Below are positions 48,578 to 59,200 of a stretch of DNA of 64,000 nucleotides, one piece after another (the stretch's first letter is position 1; every line of letters begins with the position of its first letter). Both the position numbers and the translations under genes were made by a program. A model generated the notes under the pieces. The model saw nothing but the letters and a program-made list of their open reading frames with translations, was not told the DNA's origin and did no database searches. The stretch comes from a virus. Its lineage: Duplodnaviria; Caudoviricetes. The stretch is from the IMG/VR virus record IMGVR_UViG_3300022666_000111; one strand, written 5' to 3'.

Positions 48578-49894
48578 TCAATTCGCATTGAGAAGGATCT
48601 CGGCGACGTTTGACCAGAGGCGCTCAATCTCGCTGACATGCGCCTTGGTGCCGTCGCCGCTCCCCGAGGTCTTGTGGGCAAGCTCGTGGATGAGGACTTG
48701 GAGCGCTTGCTTCTGTGTGTCCAGAGCCTTCTTGGCAAGGAGGATGCGGCCGTCCTTGCACATCCCGTGGATGTCAGGGTCGCGGAAATCCGTGACGTCG
48801 ATGTCGGCCAAGCCGATCGCTTCCCCCGCCTGCTCAAGAAGAGCGATGGCCCGCTTGAGGTGTGTTTGCGCATCGAGGCTCAAGGCGTGCCAGCCGTAGA
48901 TCACGGTCGCCTCGTTCCGGAGCTTCTCCTTGATGACGTCCGTGGTCCCCATGATGCTCCGTAGGATTGCACCCAGGGGCTTGTTCACGACGATGCCTTG
49001 CTTGCCGAGGTGGCCGATCTCAGCAGACTCCGCGAGGTTGGATACGGGGACGGCGTCTTGACCGTGCCGGGAGATGAAGGCGGAGGTGACTTGCTGCCGA
49101 AGTTCTCGGTCCATGAAGCCCGCCGCGTATTCATCGATCCCGCTCAAGTCACGGGCTGAATCCTCAAGCATGGCCGTGAAGTTCTCGAATAGGTCGGGGC
49201 GGCGGTTGACGGCTTCCTGCCAAATGGCGCGGATGCGGTAGTTGAGGTCCCAGGATTCAACCATACGCCGGTCGCGGTCAAGGTCAGCCTCATTGAGGTT
49301 GTAGCCGTAGGCCAAGTCGGGCATGTACTGAACAAAGATGCCTCGGACGAAGACGCGGCCCTTGTTCTCGGGGTTGATGAGGATCGTGCCGTTGCCGGTT
49401 TGGACCGTGGTGCCTTCGTCCTCGAGGAAGAGGAAGTTTTTCCGCATCAGCTTCCAATCCTCGCGGCTGATGTCGTCAATCTCGATCGAGACGCGGTTGT
49501 AGGTGTTCTGGAGCGTGCGGGTCTTGAAGACCAGGACCGGCTCGTTGAAGGTTTCGGAATTCTCGATGACGGGGATCCAGGATTCGCCCCCGGTGACGAT
49601 ACGGACGGCGTGCCCCGCGCGAACAAGGGCAAGGACGCCGAGCTTGAGGCCCTCTCCGAATTTGCCGATGAGGTCGGCGCGGCCAACCTTGGTGGTCTGA
49701 CCGAGGAGGAGGTCCCGCTTGTCGAGGGTTGAGCCCTCATTGGTGATAACGACCTTGCCGCCTTGGTAGGCCACGGACATCGGGGCATTGTGCTCCACCT
49801 CTGCGTCGCGGGCGTTTTGAATCAGCTCGCGCAACCCCTCATAAGCTCCCCAGGTAGGTAGGTATGTCACTTTGATTGTTAGCTCGATACGCAT
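48578..49894 (-). CDS. GHKL ATPase with C-terminal HExxH metallopeptidase-like motif
   Basis: RELIQNARDA, IGKFGEGLKLG, IHELAH. Confidence 0.8.
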   Translation of the reverse strand: MRIELTIKVTYLPTWGAYEGLRELIQNARDAEVEHNAPMSVAYQGGKVVITNEGSTLDKRDLLLGQTTKVGRADLIGKFGEGLKLGVLALVRAGHAVRIVTGGESWIPVIENSETFNEPVLVFKTRTLQNTYNRVSIEIDDISREDWKLMRKNFLFLEDEGTTVQTGNGTILINPENKGRVFVRGIFVQYMPDLAYGYNLNEADLDRDRRMVESWDLNYRIRAIWQEAVNRRPDLFENFTAMLEDSARDLSGIDEYAAGFMDRELRQQVTSAFISRHGQDAVPVSNLAESAEIGHLGKQGIVVNKPLGAILRSIMGTTDVIKEKLRNEATVIYGWHALSLDAQTHLKRAIALLEQAGEAIGLADIDVTDFRDPDIHGMCKDGRILLAKKALDTQKQALQVLIHELAHKTSGSGDGTKAHVSEIERLWSNVAEILLNAN

Positions 49895-50360
49895 TGGTTC
49901 ATGTCTCCGAGAGGTTTCTCTTCCGGGGCTGGTATGCCGGTGGGGTAGAGGGATCAACGTATTTGGGGTGGGGAAATGAATTTGACCGTGAAATCAGATG
50001 CTGTCTTGGCGATCATTGATGCAGAGGTATTGGGACCGAGGGCACCCAGAAAACCGTTGATCACGGAGCCCGTCCGGCATGTTGGGCACATGGAGAGCAT
50101 CGACTTCCAAATCGCAAGAATGGCCCAGGCTTTTGACCTTGGAATCAGCGACGAAGTCGCTGTGAGCATCCTGGCTAAGGATGACATCACGGGGGCCGCC
50201 GCCTTCTACATCATCCAGGCTGCGCACCTGCTATCAAACGATCGCGGGTGAATTCCCTGGCGCCAAGGTTCGGAACGGTGTAGGTAATGCCCGTGCCGTA
50301 ACTTTGGCCCACACGGGCATGCTGGCAACACTTGGCGGCTTCGGCCGCATGGAGGATCAA

Positions 50361-51944
50361 ATGGCAAGCAAGATTCTGTTCCCAGGGGCGAAGCCGTCTG
50401 TTCAGGCGGCGGACACGGTCAACGAGGCGGGTGGGGCGGCGTACCAGATGACGCCAAAGATGGCCCTGGCTCAATTGGCGGTGACGGGGTGCCTGTCCAA
50501 TACGTACTACGTGTCGGACAAGATGCAGCTCGAGGCCGTCTTGAACGCAGCCGTCGCGTGCGATCCGGAGTACGTTGCGAAGGTGGCGCTCTACGCACAC
50601 GAGAAGGGCTTCATGAAGGACATGCCTGCGGTTCTTGCGGCCTACCTGGCTGCGATGAATGGGGCGCTCCTCGAGCCCATCTTCCCGCGTGTCATCAACA
50701 ACGGCAAGATGCTCCGCAACTTCGTCCAGGTCATCCGGTCTGGCGCGTTGGGGCGCAAGAGCTTCGGAACGCGTCCGAAGAGGATGATCCAGAGCTGGTT
50801 CGAGAGCCGTAAGGACGGCGTGGTCTTCACGAACTCCACGGGTAACGATCCGTCGATGGCGGACGTTATCAAGCTCATCCGGCCGGTTCCGGGGACGGTG
50901 GAGCGTTCGGCGCTCTATGCCTACCTGCTTGGGAAGGACAAGTTCAAGTTCCAGGGGCAGGAGCTGGTGACGTCGGAGCATGTTCCGGAAGAGGTCAAGA
51001 GCTTCCTGGCATTCAAGGCGGACCCGGCCAAGGTTGCTGTCCCGGAGAAGGGTGTCCCCTTCGAGATGCTCGTCGGTGTTGAGGGCATCACGGAGAAGGG
51101 CTGGAAGCAGCTTGCGGAGAGGGCTACGTGGACGCAGCTCCGTATGAACCTCAACACGTTCCTGCGTCACGGGGTCTTCTCGGACAAGAGGCTCACCAAG
51201 AAGCTGGCCGACAAGCTCGGATCGGCGGAAGAGGTTGCGAAGGCACACTGCTTCCCCTACCAGCTCCTGGCGGCCTACAAGAACGTGGGTACGGAGATGC
51301 CCACGGAGATCACCCTGGCGTTGCAGGACGCCTTGGAGGCTGCTACCAAGAACATCCCGGTGTTCGCGGGTTCGGTCGTGATTTGCCCGGACGTTTCGGG
51401 CTCCATGTCAGCCTACGTCACGGGACGTCAGGGCAGCAAGACGCCTTCGAAGGTCACCTGCATTGACGTTGCAGCCTTGGTTGCAGCGAGCGTCTTGAGG
51501 ACCAACCAGACTGCGAGGGTCATCCCCTTCGAGCAGAGCGTGGTTGGCGTCAAGGTCAATCCTCGCGATTCGGTCATGACGAACGCGCAGAAGCTTTCGT
51601 CCATCGGCGGAGGCGGGACCAACTGCTCGGCGCCCCTGGCCTTGCTCAACAAGGAGAACGCCGCGCCGGATGTGGTCATCTTCATCTCGGACTACGAGTC
51701 ATGGGTTGATCGTGAGTACGGGCACGGTACTGGGATGCTCACGGAGTGGCAGCAGATCGTCAAGCGTAACCCCAAGGCCAAGCTGATCTGCATCGACGTG
51801 ACGCCTTCGTCCACGCACCAGGTCCCAAGTCGTCCTGGGATCCTTCAGGTCGGCGGGTTCTCGGACGAGGTCTTCAACGTCATCGGGGCCTTCGTCTCCG
51901 GCGACGCCTCGAGTTGGGTTGCCTCGATCGAATCCTACAAATAG
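50361..51944 (+). CDS. Ro60/TROVE-vWA RNA-binding protein
   Basis: NEAGG.AY, LRMNLNTF.RHG, FPYQLLAAY, DVSGSM, GGGT.C, ISD.ESW, GGFSD.VF. Confidence 0.92.
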   Translation: MASKILFPGAKPSVQAADTVNEAGGAAYQMTPKMALAQLAVTGCLSNTYYVSDKMQLEAVLNAAVACDPEYVAKVALYAHEKGFMKDMPAVLAAYLAAMNGALLEPIFPRVINNGKMLRNFVQVIRSGALGRKSFGTRPKRMIQSWFESRKDGVVFTNSTGNDPSMADVIKLIRPVPGTVERSALYAYLLGKDKFKFQGQELVTSEHVPEEVKSFLAFKADPAKVAVPEKGVPFEMLVGVEGITEKGWKQLAERATWTQLRMNLNTFLRHGVFSDKRLTKKLADKLGSAEEVAKAHCFPYQLLAAYKNVGTEMPTEITLALQDALEAATKNIPVFAGSVVICPDVSGSMSAYVTGRQGSKTPSKVTCIDVAALVAASVLRTNQTARVIPFEQSVVGVKVNPRDSVMTNAQKLSSIGGGGTNCSAPLALLNKENAAPDVVIFISDYESWVDREYGHGTGMLTEWQQIVKRNPKAKLICIDVTPSSTHQVPSRPGILQVGGFSDEVFNVIGAFVSGDASSWVASIESYK

Positions 51945-52014
51945 CCCGCCCTCGTCGGGGTAGTTGTTGATCATGCAGCTACCCCGGCATACATCCCCCA
52001 GAAAGGTAATCCCC

Positions 52015-52353
52015 ATGAACGTGCATCAGCAGCATCTGGACAAGTGTATCCGTGAATCAGTACCGACCGCATTGGAACATGTCGGTATGGCCGAGGTGGC
52101 GGAGAAGTTCCGAACGCTCCCCGCCATGACGGATGCCTACCGCGTTGAGAAGGCACAAGCGATGCTCGGTGCGGTCCTCCCAGAGCTTTGGGAGGCGGGG
52201 AAGGGATTGGAGAACGTGATTGAGGCCGGTTCGAAAGAGGTTGTCGTTGAGACCTTGAAGTACCGGAACGGGCTCCGGACGGCCAGAGCCCTGGTCGAGG
52301 CTGCCCGAAGCGCAACGAAACAAGCCCTCCGTGGAGGGCTTATCCTGAATTGA
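52015..52353 (+). CDS. Hypothetical protein
   Basis: Class-1 promoter with SD AAAGG. Confidence 0.6.
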   Translation: MNVHQQHLDKCIRESVPTALEHVGMAEVAEKFRTLPAMTDAYRVEKAQAMLGAVLPELWEAGKGLENVIEAGSKEVVVETLKYRNGLRTARALVEAARSATKQALRGGLILN

Positions 52354-52360
52354 GGTTGAT

Positions 52361-52618
52361 ATGGCGACGGTCTACAAGATCCGGGACAAGGCAACGGGGC
52401 TTTTCTCAACGGGAGGCTACAACCCAACCTTCGAGAAGAAGGGCAAGGAGTGGAAGGCGTTACAGCACGTCCGTAGCCACCTGACGCAGCTATCGGCTAG
52501 CTGGATCGGCCCCAAGAAAGCCATCCCGCCCTCTTGGGAGATCGTGGAGTACGAGGTCGTCAAGACGGAAGTAGGGGTCCTCCCCGCTCTGCCCTACCGG
52601 AAAGAGAGAACGCGATGA
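52361..52618 (+). CDS. Phage hypothetical protein
   Basis: YKIR...TGLFSTGG..P.F...GK.W. Confidence 0.7.
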   Translation: MATVYKIRDKATGLFSTGGYNPTFEKKGKEWKALQHVRSHLTQLSASWIGPKKAIPPSWEIVEYEVVKTEVGVLPALPYRKERTR

Positions 52619-53712
52619 CATTCGAATGGAACATGCCTCCAGGGGCGCTCCCCTGGGTGAAAGACCGGACCTTCTACCTTACGCGCCACGGATCGCACGC
52701 CTATGGCACGAACCTCCCGACATCCGATATGGACATCCGGGGGATCTGCATCGCGCCCAAGGAGTACTACCTCGGCTACGACCTTCACTTCGATCAGACG
52801 TCGTCGGCGACAACCTCTGACGACGTGGCCCCGGACTTCGTCATCTTCGAGCTTCGCAAGTTCATGAAGCTCGCGGCGGTTTGCAATCCGAACGCCTTGG
52901 AGATCATCTTCACGGATCCTTCGGATCACCTGTTCGTGACGGCGACATCGAAGCGGCTTTTTGAATGCCGCGACATGTTCCTCTCGCGTTTGGCCTTGAG
53001 AACGTTCTCGGGGTATGCCGCGTCGCAGATGCGGCGGATTGAGGGGCACTACCGATGGCTCAAGAATCCTCCAACCAAGAAGCCGGAGCGATCGGACTTT
53101 GAATTGCCGCCCCAACCGGAGATCCCAACGGAGCAATTGGAGGCCGTCAACGCCGGGATCCAGAAGAAGCTCGACCAATGGAACATGAATTTCCTCCAAG
53201 ACCTTGAGCCCGCCTACCGGATCGAGATCAAGGAGGCCATGTTCGAGATGCTCACCGAGATGCAGATCCACATGGACGACTTGTGGAAGGGCGCGGCGAG
53301 GTCCTTCGGTTTCGACGAGAACTTCATCGAGTATCTCAAGCGGGAGCGTCAATTCACGGCGAAGGCCCGGGAGTGGAAGAAGTATCAGAAGTGGCTCAAG
53401 GAGCGAAACCCTGCGCGGGCCGCCTTGGAGGCAAAGTGGGGCTACGATACGAAGCACGCCATGCACCTCATCCGGCTCTTGCGAATGTGCCGGGAGATCC
53501 TAACGGAGGGCGTCTTGCGGGTACGGCGCCCAGACGCGGCCGAGCTTCTTGAGGTGCGTAACGGCGCCTGGAGCTACGAGAGCCTCGTTGCTTGGGCAAA
53601 CCAGCAAAACTACGAGCTTGCCCAGATCGTTCTAACCAGCCCTCTTCCCGCAAGGCCGGACAACCGTGCTCTTGACTCCCTCTGCATTGAGCTTGTCTCT
53701 TCGGCCCTTTAG
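52615..53712 (+). CDS. Pol-beta-family nucleotidyltransferase (YcgL/RlaP-like)
   Basis: GSHAYGTNLPTSDMDIRG, NPNALE, GYDTKHAMHLIRL. Confidence 0.85.
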   Translation: MTFEWNMPPGALPWVKDRTFYLTRHGSHAYGTNLPTSDMDIRGICIAPKEYYLGYDLHFDQTSSATTSDDVAPDFVIFELRKFMKLAAVCNPNALEIIFTDPSDHLFVTATSKRLFECRDMFLSRLALRTFSGYAASQMRRIEGHYRWLKNPPTKKPERSDFELPPQPEIPTEQLEAVNAGIQKKLDQWNMNFLQDLEPAYRIEIKEAMFEMLTEMQIHMDDLWKGAARSFGFDENFIEYLKRERQFTAKAREWKKYQKWLKERNPARAALEAKWGYDTKHAMHLIRLLRMCREILTEGVLRVRRPDAAELLEVRNGAWSYESLVAWANQQNYELAQIVLTSPLPARPDNRALDSLCIELVSSAL

Positions 53713-53746
53713 CTAATAGCCCTCTTGTGTGGTGTATTGATCTAGA

Positions 53747-54298
53747 ATGCAACCACACACTGGCCGCCTAGACGTTATCGCTGGATGTATGTTCGCGGGC
53801 AAGACCCGCTCACTGATCTCCAAGGTCCTTGCGCTCAAGGAAGCAGGCGTTGACGTCCGGGTCTTGAAACCTGAAAACGATACGCGCTACAGCGCAACCG
53901 AGATCGTCTCCCATGACGGCGCCCGCATCCCTGCGGAGATAGTCCGTTTGGATGGAACGCCCTGGCCTACCGATGCCAAGGTGATCGCTCTCGACGAGGC
54001 GCAATTCTTGACCCTTGACGCTGTGCCGGTCATCGCGAAGGCGGTGCATGACGGCGCGCATGTGATCCTTGCTGGCTTGGATCTCACGTCAAAGGGTGAA
54101 CCCTTCGGCCCCATGCCTGCCTTCTTGGCGCTTGCGGATGAGGTCAAGAAGCTCCGGGCACGATGTGCTGTTTGTGGATGTGAGGGCGCGAACAGGTCAT
54201 ACCGGATTGTGGCTAGCAGTCAGACTGTACTTGTGGGGGGAGCTGAAGCATACGAACCGAGATGCCTATCCTGCCTTGACGGAGTAGAGGATGTCTGA
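53747..54298 (+). CDS. tdk: Thymidine kinase
   Basis: GCMFAGKT, DEAQF, AGLD, C..C, VGG..YEPRC..C. Confidence 0.95.
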   Translation: MQPHTGRLDVIAGCMFAGKTRSLISKVLALKEAGVDVRVLKPENDTRYSATEIVSHDGARIPAEIVRLDGTPWPTDAKVIALDEAQFLTLDAVPVIAKAVHDGAHVILAGLDLTSKGEPFGPMPAFLALADEVKKLRARCAVCGCEGANRSYRIVASSQTVLVGGAEAYEPRCLSCLDGVEDV

Positions 54299-54866
54299 CT
54301 GGACGAAGATCGTTGAGTCCCTGGCTTCTGGATTGTTGACGGGTGGCGCCACGGCCCTCGCCACGGTCTTCGCCACCTTTCGGGACATCAGGAACAGGCT
54401 AGCCATCCTTGAGGAGAGGCTCGGGTCGCCCCCGCACAACACTGCTCCTGCTACGGGTCTCTTCCACACGGTATGGATCCTTGACACGACGCTGGCTCGG
54501 CTTCGGAAGGAAATCGACTCTTGGGAGGACGATCCCCCGGCGTGGCTGACGCGCCTTGTCGCCCGCGCAGGGCGGTCAGGGTCGGTCAACATGGAGATTC
54601 AGCAGGAGTACGAGGAGCGGTTGAACAGCCGCCTTCGTAGCTTTCAAGAACGCATCGATCGTATGGACGATCGACTTCGAGAAGAGCCTCGAGCCGGAAT
54701 AAGCCGGGCAGAGGTAGACGCAGAACAGAAGCGAATCCTTGAGGAGGTCGCTATGTTAAGGGATGCACAGGCAGCGACGAACATGCTCCTTCGAGGGGTG
54801 CTAACCGCGATGGACATCATTGACAACAAAGAGACGGCACGTCCGCCCAAGAGAGGTGGCCAATGA
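54291..54866 (+). CDS. N-terminal TM plus coiled-coil protein
   Basis: Hydrophobic N-terminal helix then charged coil. Confidence 0.55.
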   Translation: MSDWTKIVESLASGLLTGGATALATVFATFRDIRNRLAILEERLGSPPHNTAPATGLFHTVWILDTTLARLRKEIDSWEDDPPAWLTRLVARAGRSGSVNMEIQQEYEERLNSRLRSFQERIDRMDDRLREEPRAGISRAEVDAEQKRILEEVAMLRDAQAATNMLLRGVLTAMDIIDNKETARPPKRGGQ

Positions 54867-55063
54867 GCGACCCCATTGCGGACGCCCTGCATGAGGTTGT
54901 TGAGGAAACGCAGGAGACGGTGAGGTTACTCACCGTCTTTCACGATGCTGTCTTGGACCGGCAAAGGACGCAATCAAGCATCCGTGTGCTCCCTGCGCGT
55001 GTCGAGGTCGTACAAAGCCCCATCCAAATCCCGATGGCCCTTGCGGCCAAGGGATAGCAGCCC

Positions 55064-55561
55064 TCAATACGTCGAAGTCGTGGTGCATCGGCTGCACCAG
55101 GCGGGGCAATAGCTTCCGGGCGAGATGATACACTCGGCGGGGTTGGGCTGTTGCGTCCCTGGAGGCGTTCCCCCTCCTCCGGAATTCAGGAGGCAATAGC
55201 AGTCACACTCCCACTGGGTGTATTCGCTTGGATCGGGCTCAGGGCCTCCCGTGCTGCATGTTGACACGGGCTGTACCGTGGAGGACACGTAGTCACATTG
55301 GGGCGATGATGCGTAGGTTCGGTTCGCAAGACGGTCTTGAGACGCACAAGCGCTCGTGCAGATCTGGCGAACACCCCCCTCGGTTCCGTTGCGGATGTAG
55401 CAGTTGTAGTTGTCACAATAGCCGGTGCCGTCGTACACGACGCCGATATGGGTTCGGAGAGCCGCTTGGGCCGTCCCAATACTCTCCTCCTGGGCTTCCC
55501 CCGTGTCAGCCGAGCAACCAACCAAGGCAACAGCAATCAATGCAAGTAGAGCTAGTCTCAT
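55064..55561 (-). CDS. Cys-rich lipoprotein
   Basis: MRLALLALIAVALVGC lipobox; GTAQAAL propeptide-like motif. Confidence 0.7.
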   Translation of the reverse strand: MRLALLALIAVALVGCSADTGEAQEESIGTAQAALRTHIGVVYDGTGYCDNYNCYIRNGTEGGVRQICTSACASQDRLANRTYASSPQCDYVSSTVQPVSTCSTGGPEPDPSEYTQWECDCYCLLNSGGGGTPPGTQQPNPAECIISPGSYCPAWCSRCTTTSTY

Positions 55562-55573
55562 GTTCAGGTCCTT

Positions 55574-56203
55574 TCAGGTTTCGTCTTTGAGGTGGTCGAA
55601 GAAGTCAGGTGGCGGTCTGAGGTCTGATTCGTCCGGCGCGTTATCTGTGAAGATCCCTGCCATTGCGTCGAGACGCTGTCGTGTAGTGTCACCAATGTCC
55701 CCGGGCCGTGGCCGAATGCGCACGCGAGGACCAGAAACCGCGTTGGGCGGATCCACGAGAGCTGTCTCGAAGGGGCCTCGAGGCGGGGCAGGGCGTCGGG
55801 GCGCTACCGGGCGCGTCCTTGGACCATCATCGTCCGGGCGCCTTGCCGTCCTGGCTGTACCGAAGCGCATCTCGTTCATGGTAACGTTGGCGTCCGACCG
55901 CTCTCGTGCCCAGGCCCGCCATGTGTCGATGTCAAACTCACGCAATCCGTCGCGGCTCCTAAAGCCGTAGATGCGTTCGGAGTCATGTCTGACGTAGCAC
56001 CTATCGTTTTCAAGCTGCCTCAGCCTTCGGGCGTCGAAGACGTAGAGAAGGCGGATGAGGAAGGACGTGTCAATGACAAGGGCGAAGCCTTGAGAGCCTC
56101 CGTTGAGATAATCCACATAACCGGAGAGGGTGGGGAAGTCGCGATCGGCATCGATCGCGAAGTCAATGTTGTGGAGAGTCGCAAGCTCAACGACGATGGG
56201 CAT
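55574..56203 (-). CDS. Hypothetical protein with C-terminal acidic tag
   Basis: Ends PPPDFFDHLKDET; ATG 8 nt after GGTGTAG. Confidence 0.7.
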   Translation of the reverse strand: MPIVVELATLHNIDFAIDADRDFPTLSGYVDYLNGGSQGFALVIDTSFLIRLLYVFDARRLRQLENDRCYVRHDSERIYGFRSRDGLREFDIDTWRAWARERSDANVTMNEMRFGTARTARRPDDDGPRTRPVAPRRPAPPRGPFETALVDPPNAVSGPRVRIRPRPGDIGDTTRQRLDAMAGIFTDNAPDESDLRPPPDFFDHLKDET

Positions 56204-56211
56204 AGCCTCAG

Positions 56212-59200
56212 CTACACCGAACGTCCCGGCTTTTGAACGATGATCTGGTTGGCGGTCCCGGTAAGGATTCCAAAGATGCCTCCCCCGGCGCGATTCCTTG
56301 TCGGGGTGATGCCGCCGTACCTGGTGATGTAGATGGGCTGGCCTGGAAGGGCACCATTGATGGTGGAGGCGAAGGTGTGAAGGCCCCCGGGCAAGGTTAT
56401 GACCCGGCTGTCTCCTCGGCTTCCACCGGATTGGAGGAAACCAATGAAGCCCGGACGGGTGTCGCTGAAGGTGTACAGCGAGAACCTCAAGTAGTCCTTG
56501 CCCCCGGTCTCACGACAGGATTGCAGCATCCCGTAGAAGTAGTCTGTGATCCGGAATGGGAGCATGTAGTGCTGGGGCGCCGTTCCCAAGGGGATCGAAT
56601 AGAATGCCGGAGCCCCTACGGACATCCCCATAGCCAAGGACAACCCGCCTTGAGCCGAGACACGCCCGTAACCGATAGACATGGCGTTTCCATAGGATGC
56701 CATGGAATATGTCACGATGAAGGTGTCCGGCCCAATGCCCCGGAGCGTCATGTGCTGAAGAGAAGCTCCCCAAGAGGTGGACACGCCACCATTGATGACC
56801 TTCGTGTTATGCGTGAAGGACCCCTGGTAGTTCACGTCCTCGTCACCGTGTTGCACGTGAATGAGGTAGGCGTAGTCCGTGAAGCCTGCCCGGGTTCCGG
56901 TGATGATGTGAGCAGCGCTGCCGCCCGCAAGGAAGTCTCCCGTGCCGTAGAGGTTCGAGGTCAAAACGTAGCCGGGGGTTCCTCCGTAATCGTTGTAGGC
57001 GTCAACGCGGGCTTCGGTTTCGGTCGCGGCTCCGGCATAGTACCATTGAAGTTCTGTCGAGCTACCTGCGGACACCTGGCCGCTGAGAACACGACGCTCA
57101 TTGTATCCGAATGTCGCCCAGATGTTGCCGCCGCTGCCCCCTGAGCTTCGCATGATGATCTGACCTATATTGGCCGCCGCCATGCTTGTGAGTGTCACAG
57201 GGCTCCCGTGTAGCGTCAGCGTTGGGCCGCCTGATCCCATATAGAGATCGCCCCATTGGGAGAGCCCTGTATTGGATGATGAGTCAGCCCAGGCAAGGAC
57301 GAAGCCTCCTTGTTGCGGGTAACCTACCATGTAGTTGACCAGCCCGGTTCCGACGACGGCCGTCGATCGGAACGTCGTCACAGACGTCGCTGTGATGGTC
57401 GTCCCTGAAACCGTAAGGCCGAGGATGTAGCCTCGGCCCGTTGTCGGGTTGGCCCAGGCAACGATGCCACCAACGTAGGTGTCATTGTAGTTTGAGCACT
57501 TCGTGCAGGAGACGTAAGCAACCTCATTGGAGGCGCCATCCACATCGATGTCAACGGCGGTTCCGACCGTGACGCCCGTCCCCGGGGTGTACTTAATGGC
57601 CCGGAGGCGGAGGTAGATGGTGCCGCTGACGTTGACGCGATAGGCCACCAAGTAGAGATCGGACAATAGCGCGCAAGCGTCGTAGGCATACGGCTGCGTA
57701 GGCCCGCCCGTCCAATTGGTAGCGTTCTCGAGGGCAACCGAATGCTCGTAGACGGAATTCTTGACGGGGTAAGCCCGGAGACCAGGGCTTGCGCTATCGC
57801 GGCTCTCGTCAAGGTACATGGCATTGTCTGTGCTGGCTGACTCGCCAAGCGTCACGGTCATCTGGTTGGGCGTCGTTGGAACCCAGGCGACCGAGCTTGA
57901 GCTGTATTGCAGAAGTTGCCCGTCCGTAGGCACCGATGCGGAGACGCTCCGGTTTTGGATCCGGATGACGGTCTGACTCGTTGAGGATCCTGAAAGGTCC
58001 CCGCCTGCTGTGAACCCCCCGCTAGAGGGTGTTTGGGGCTCCCATCTCCAATAAGTCGAATTCCAAGTGAGTACCTGCCCATTCAACGGCATGCTGTTTC
58101 GGACGGGGTAACCACGAAGAGCTGTGACTTGCGGGTAGGGGTAAGTTCCTGTCAGATCCCCGTAAAGCCCTGACGTCTCCCAGGCAGCACTCGTGCTATT
58201 GTAGTAGAGCAGCGCGCCGTTGGTTGGGGTGGCTGTTGGGAGGTCGTGCCCAGCAAGCTGCCAGACGTCTGCATAGCTCAGGTAGTAGGGGTACGTGATG
58301 GGCGTCTGGGAATAGATTCCCAAGGGCAGGTTGATGTAGTTGACGCTTGCGTAGGACCCAGAATACCCCGCTGCGTAGAGATAACCAGCCGGGGAGGACG
58401 CCATGAAATACGGAACGTGGTTCGTGGGGGCGTCGTAGTAGCCGTAGTAGGTATTGGTTGCGGGATCGATCTGGCCGATCCTGTAGTTCCACCCACCGTC
58501 CGAGACGAAGATGGCATCGGCACCCAGAACGTCTTGGCCGACTTCGCAAACGAATGGTTGCGTGATCGCCCCATACGTCATAGGAATGTCAACCCACGTC
58601 AGGTCCCCTGGGTTGACGCGGGCAACGGTGCAGATGGAACTCCAATCCCAACGGGTAACCCAGATCGATCCAAGGGCATAGATCGCGGAAGTGACGTTTG
58701 AGCTATCCGAAGGGGTCCATGTCCCCACCAGCGTCAAGTATGACGTCTCGACCTGATTGACGGCGTTATCCCATCCACGCGCAAGCCACAAAGAACCTGT
58801 CCCGTAACGGATGAGGGTTGAAGCGTCCGTCTTCGCATCCGTGTCCGGGGTGCCTGTGAAGGTGGGTTGTCCGAGACAACTTGCTAGGATGAATTTGTGG
58901 ATGCGGGGATTGGCCCCGGCCGTGACGTAGGCGTAGATTCCCCCGGACCCATCAATGCACACACTCAGGACGGTGGCATCGCTGTAACACCACCCCGCGA
59001 TCGTCATGTCGCTCTTGTTGATGATCGCGATGTGATTCCCCGTGTACGTTGCGACATAGAGGTAGTTGTCGTCCCAAGCCATGTCCGCGTTGGAGTACAG
59101 CGTGGGGAAGTCCGTCACGGTGTCGTACTTGGCGACATAAGTCCAGCCGGTTCCTGTTCCGTCGTCGTGGAACTTCCAGATGGTCGTAGCCTCACCGGAA

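Noticed and set aside
50211-53466. Long antisense ORFs (e.g. 50211..51248, 52594..53466, 32908..33693)
   Set aside because: Shadow ORFs expected from high-GC codon bias opposite well-supported genes.
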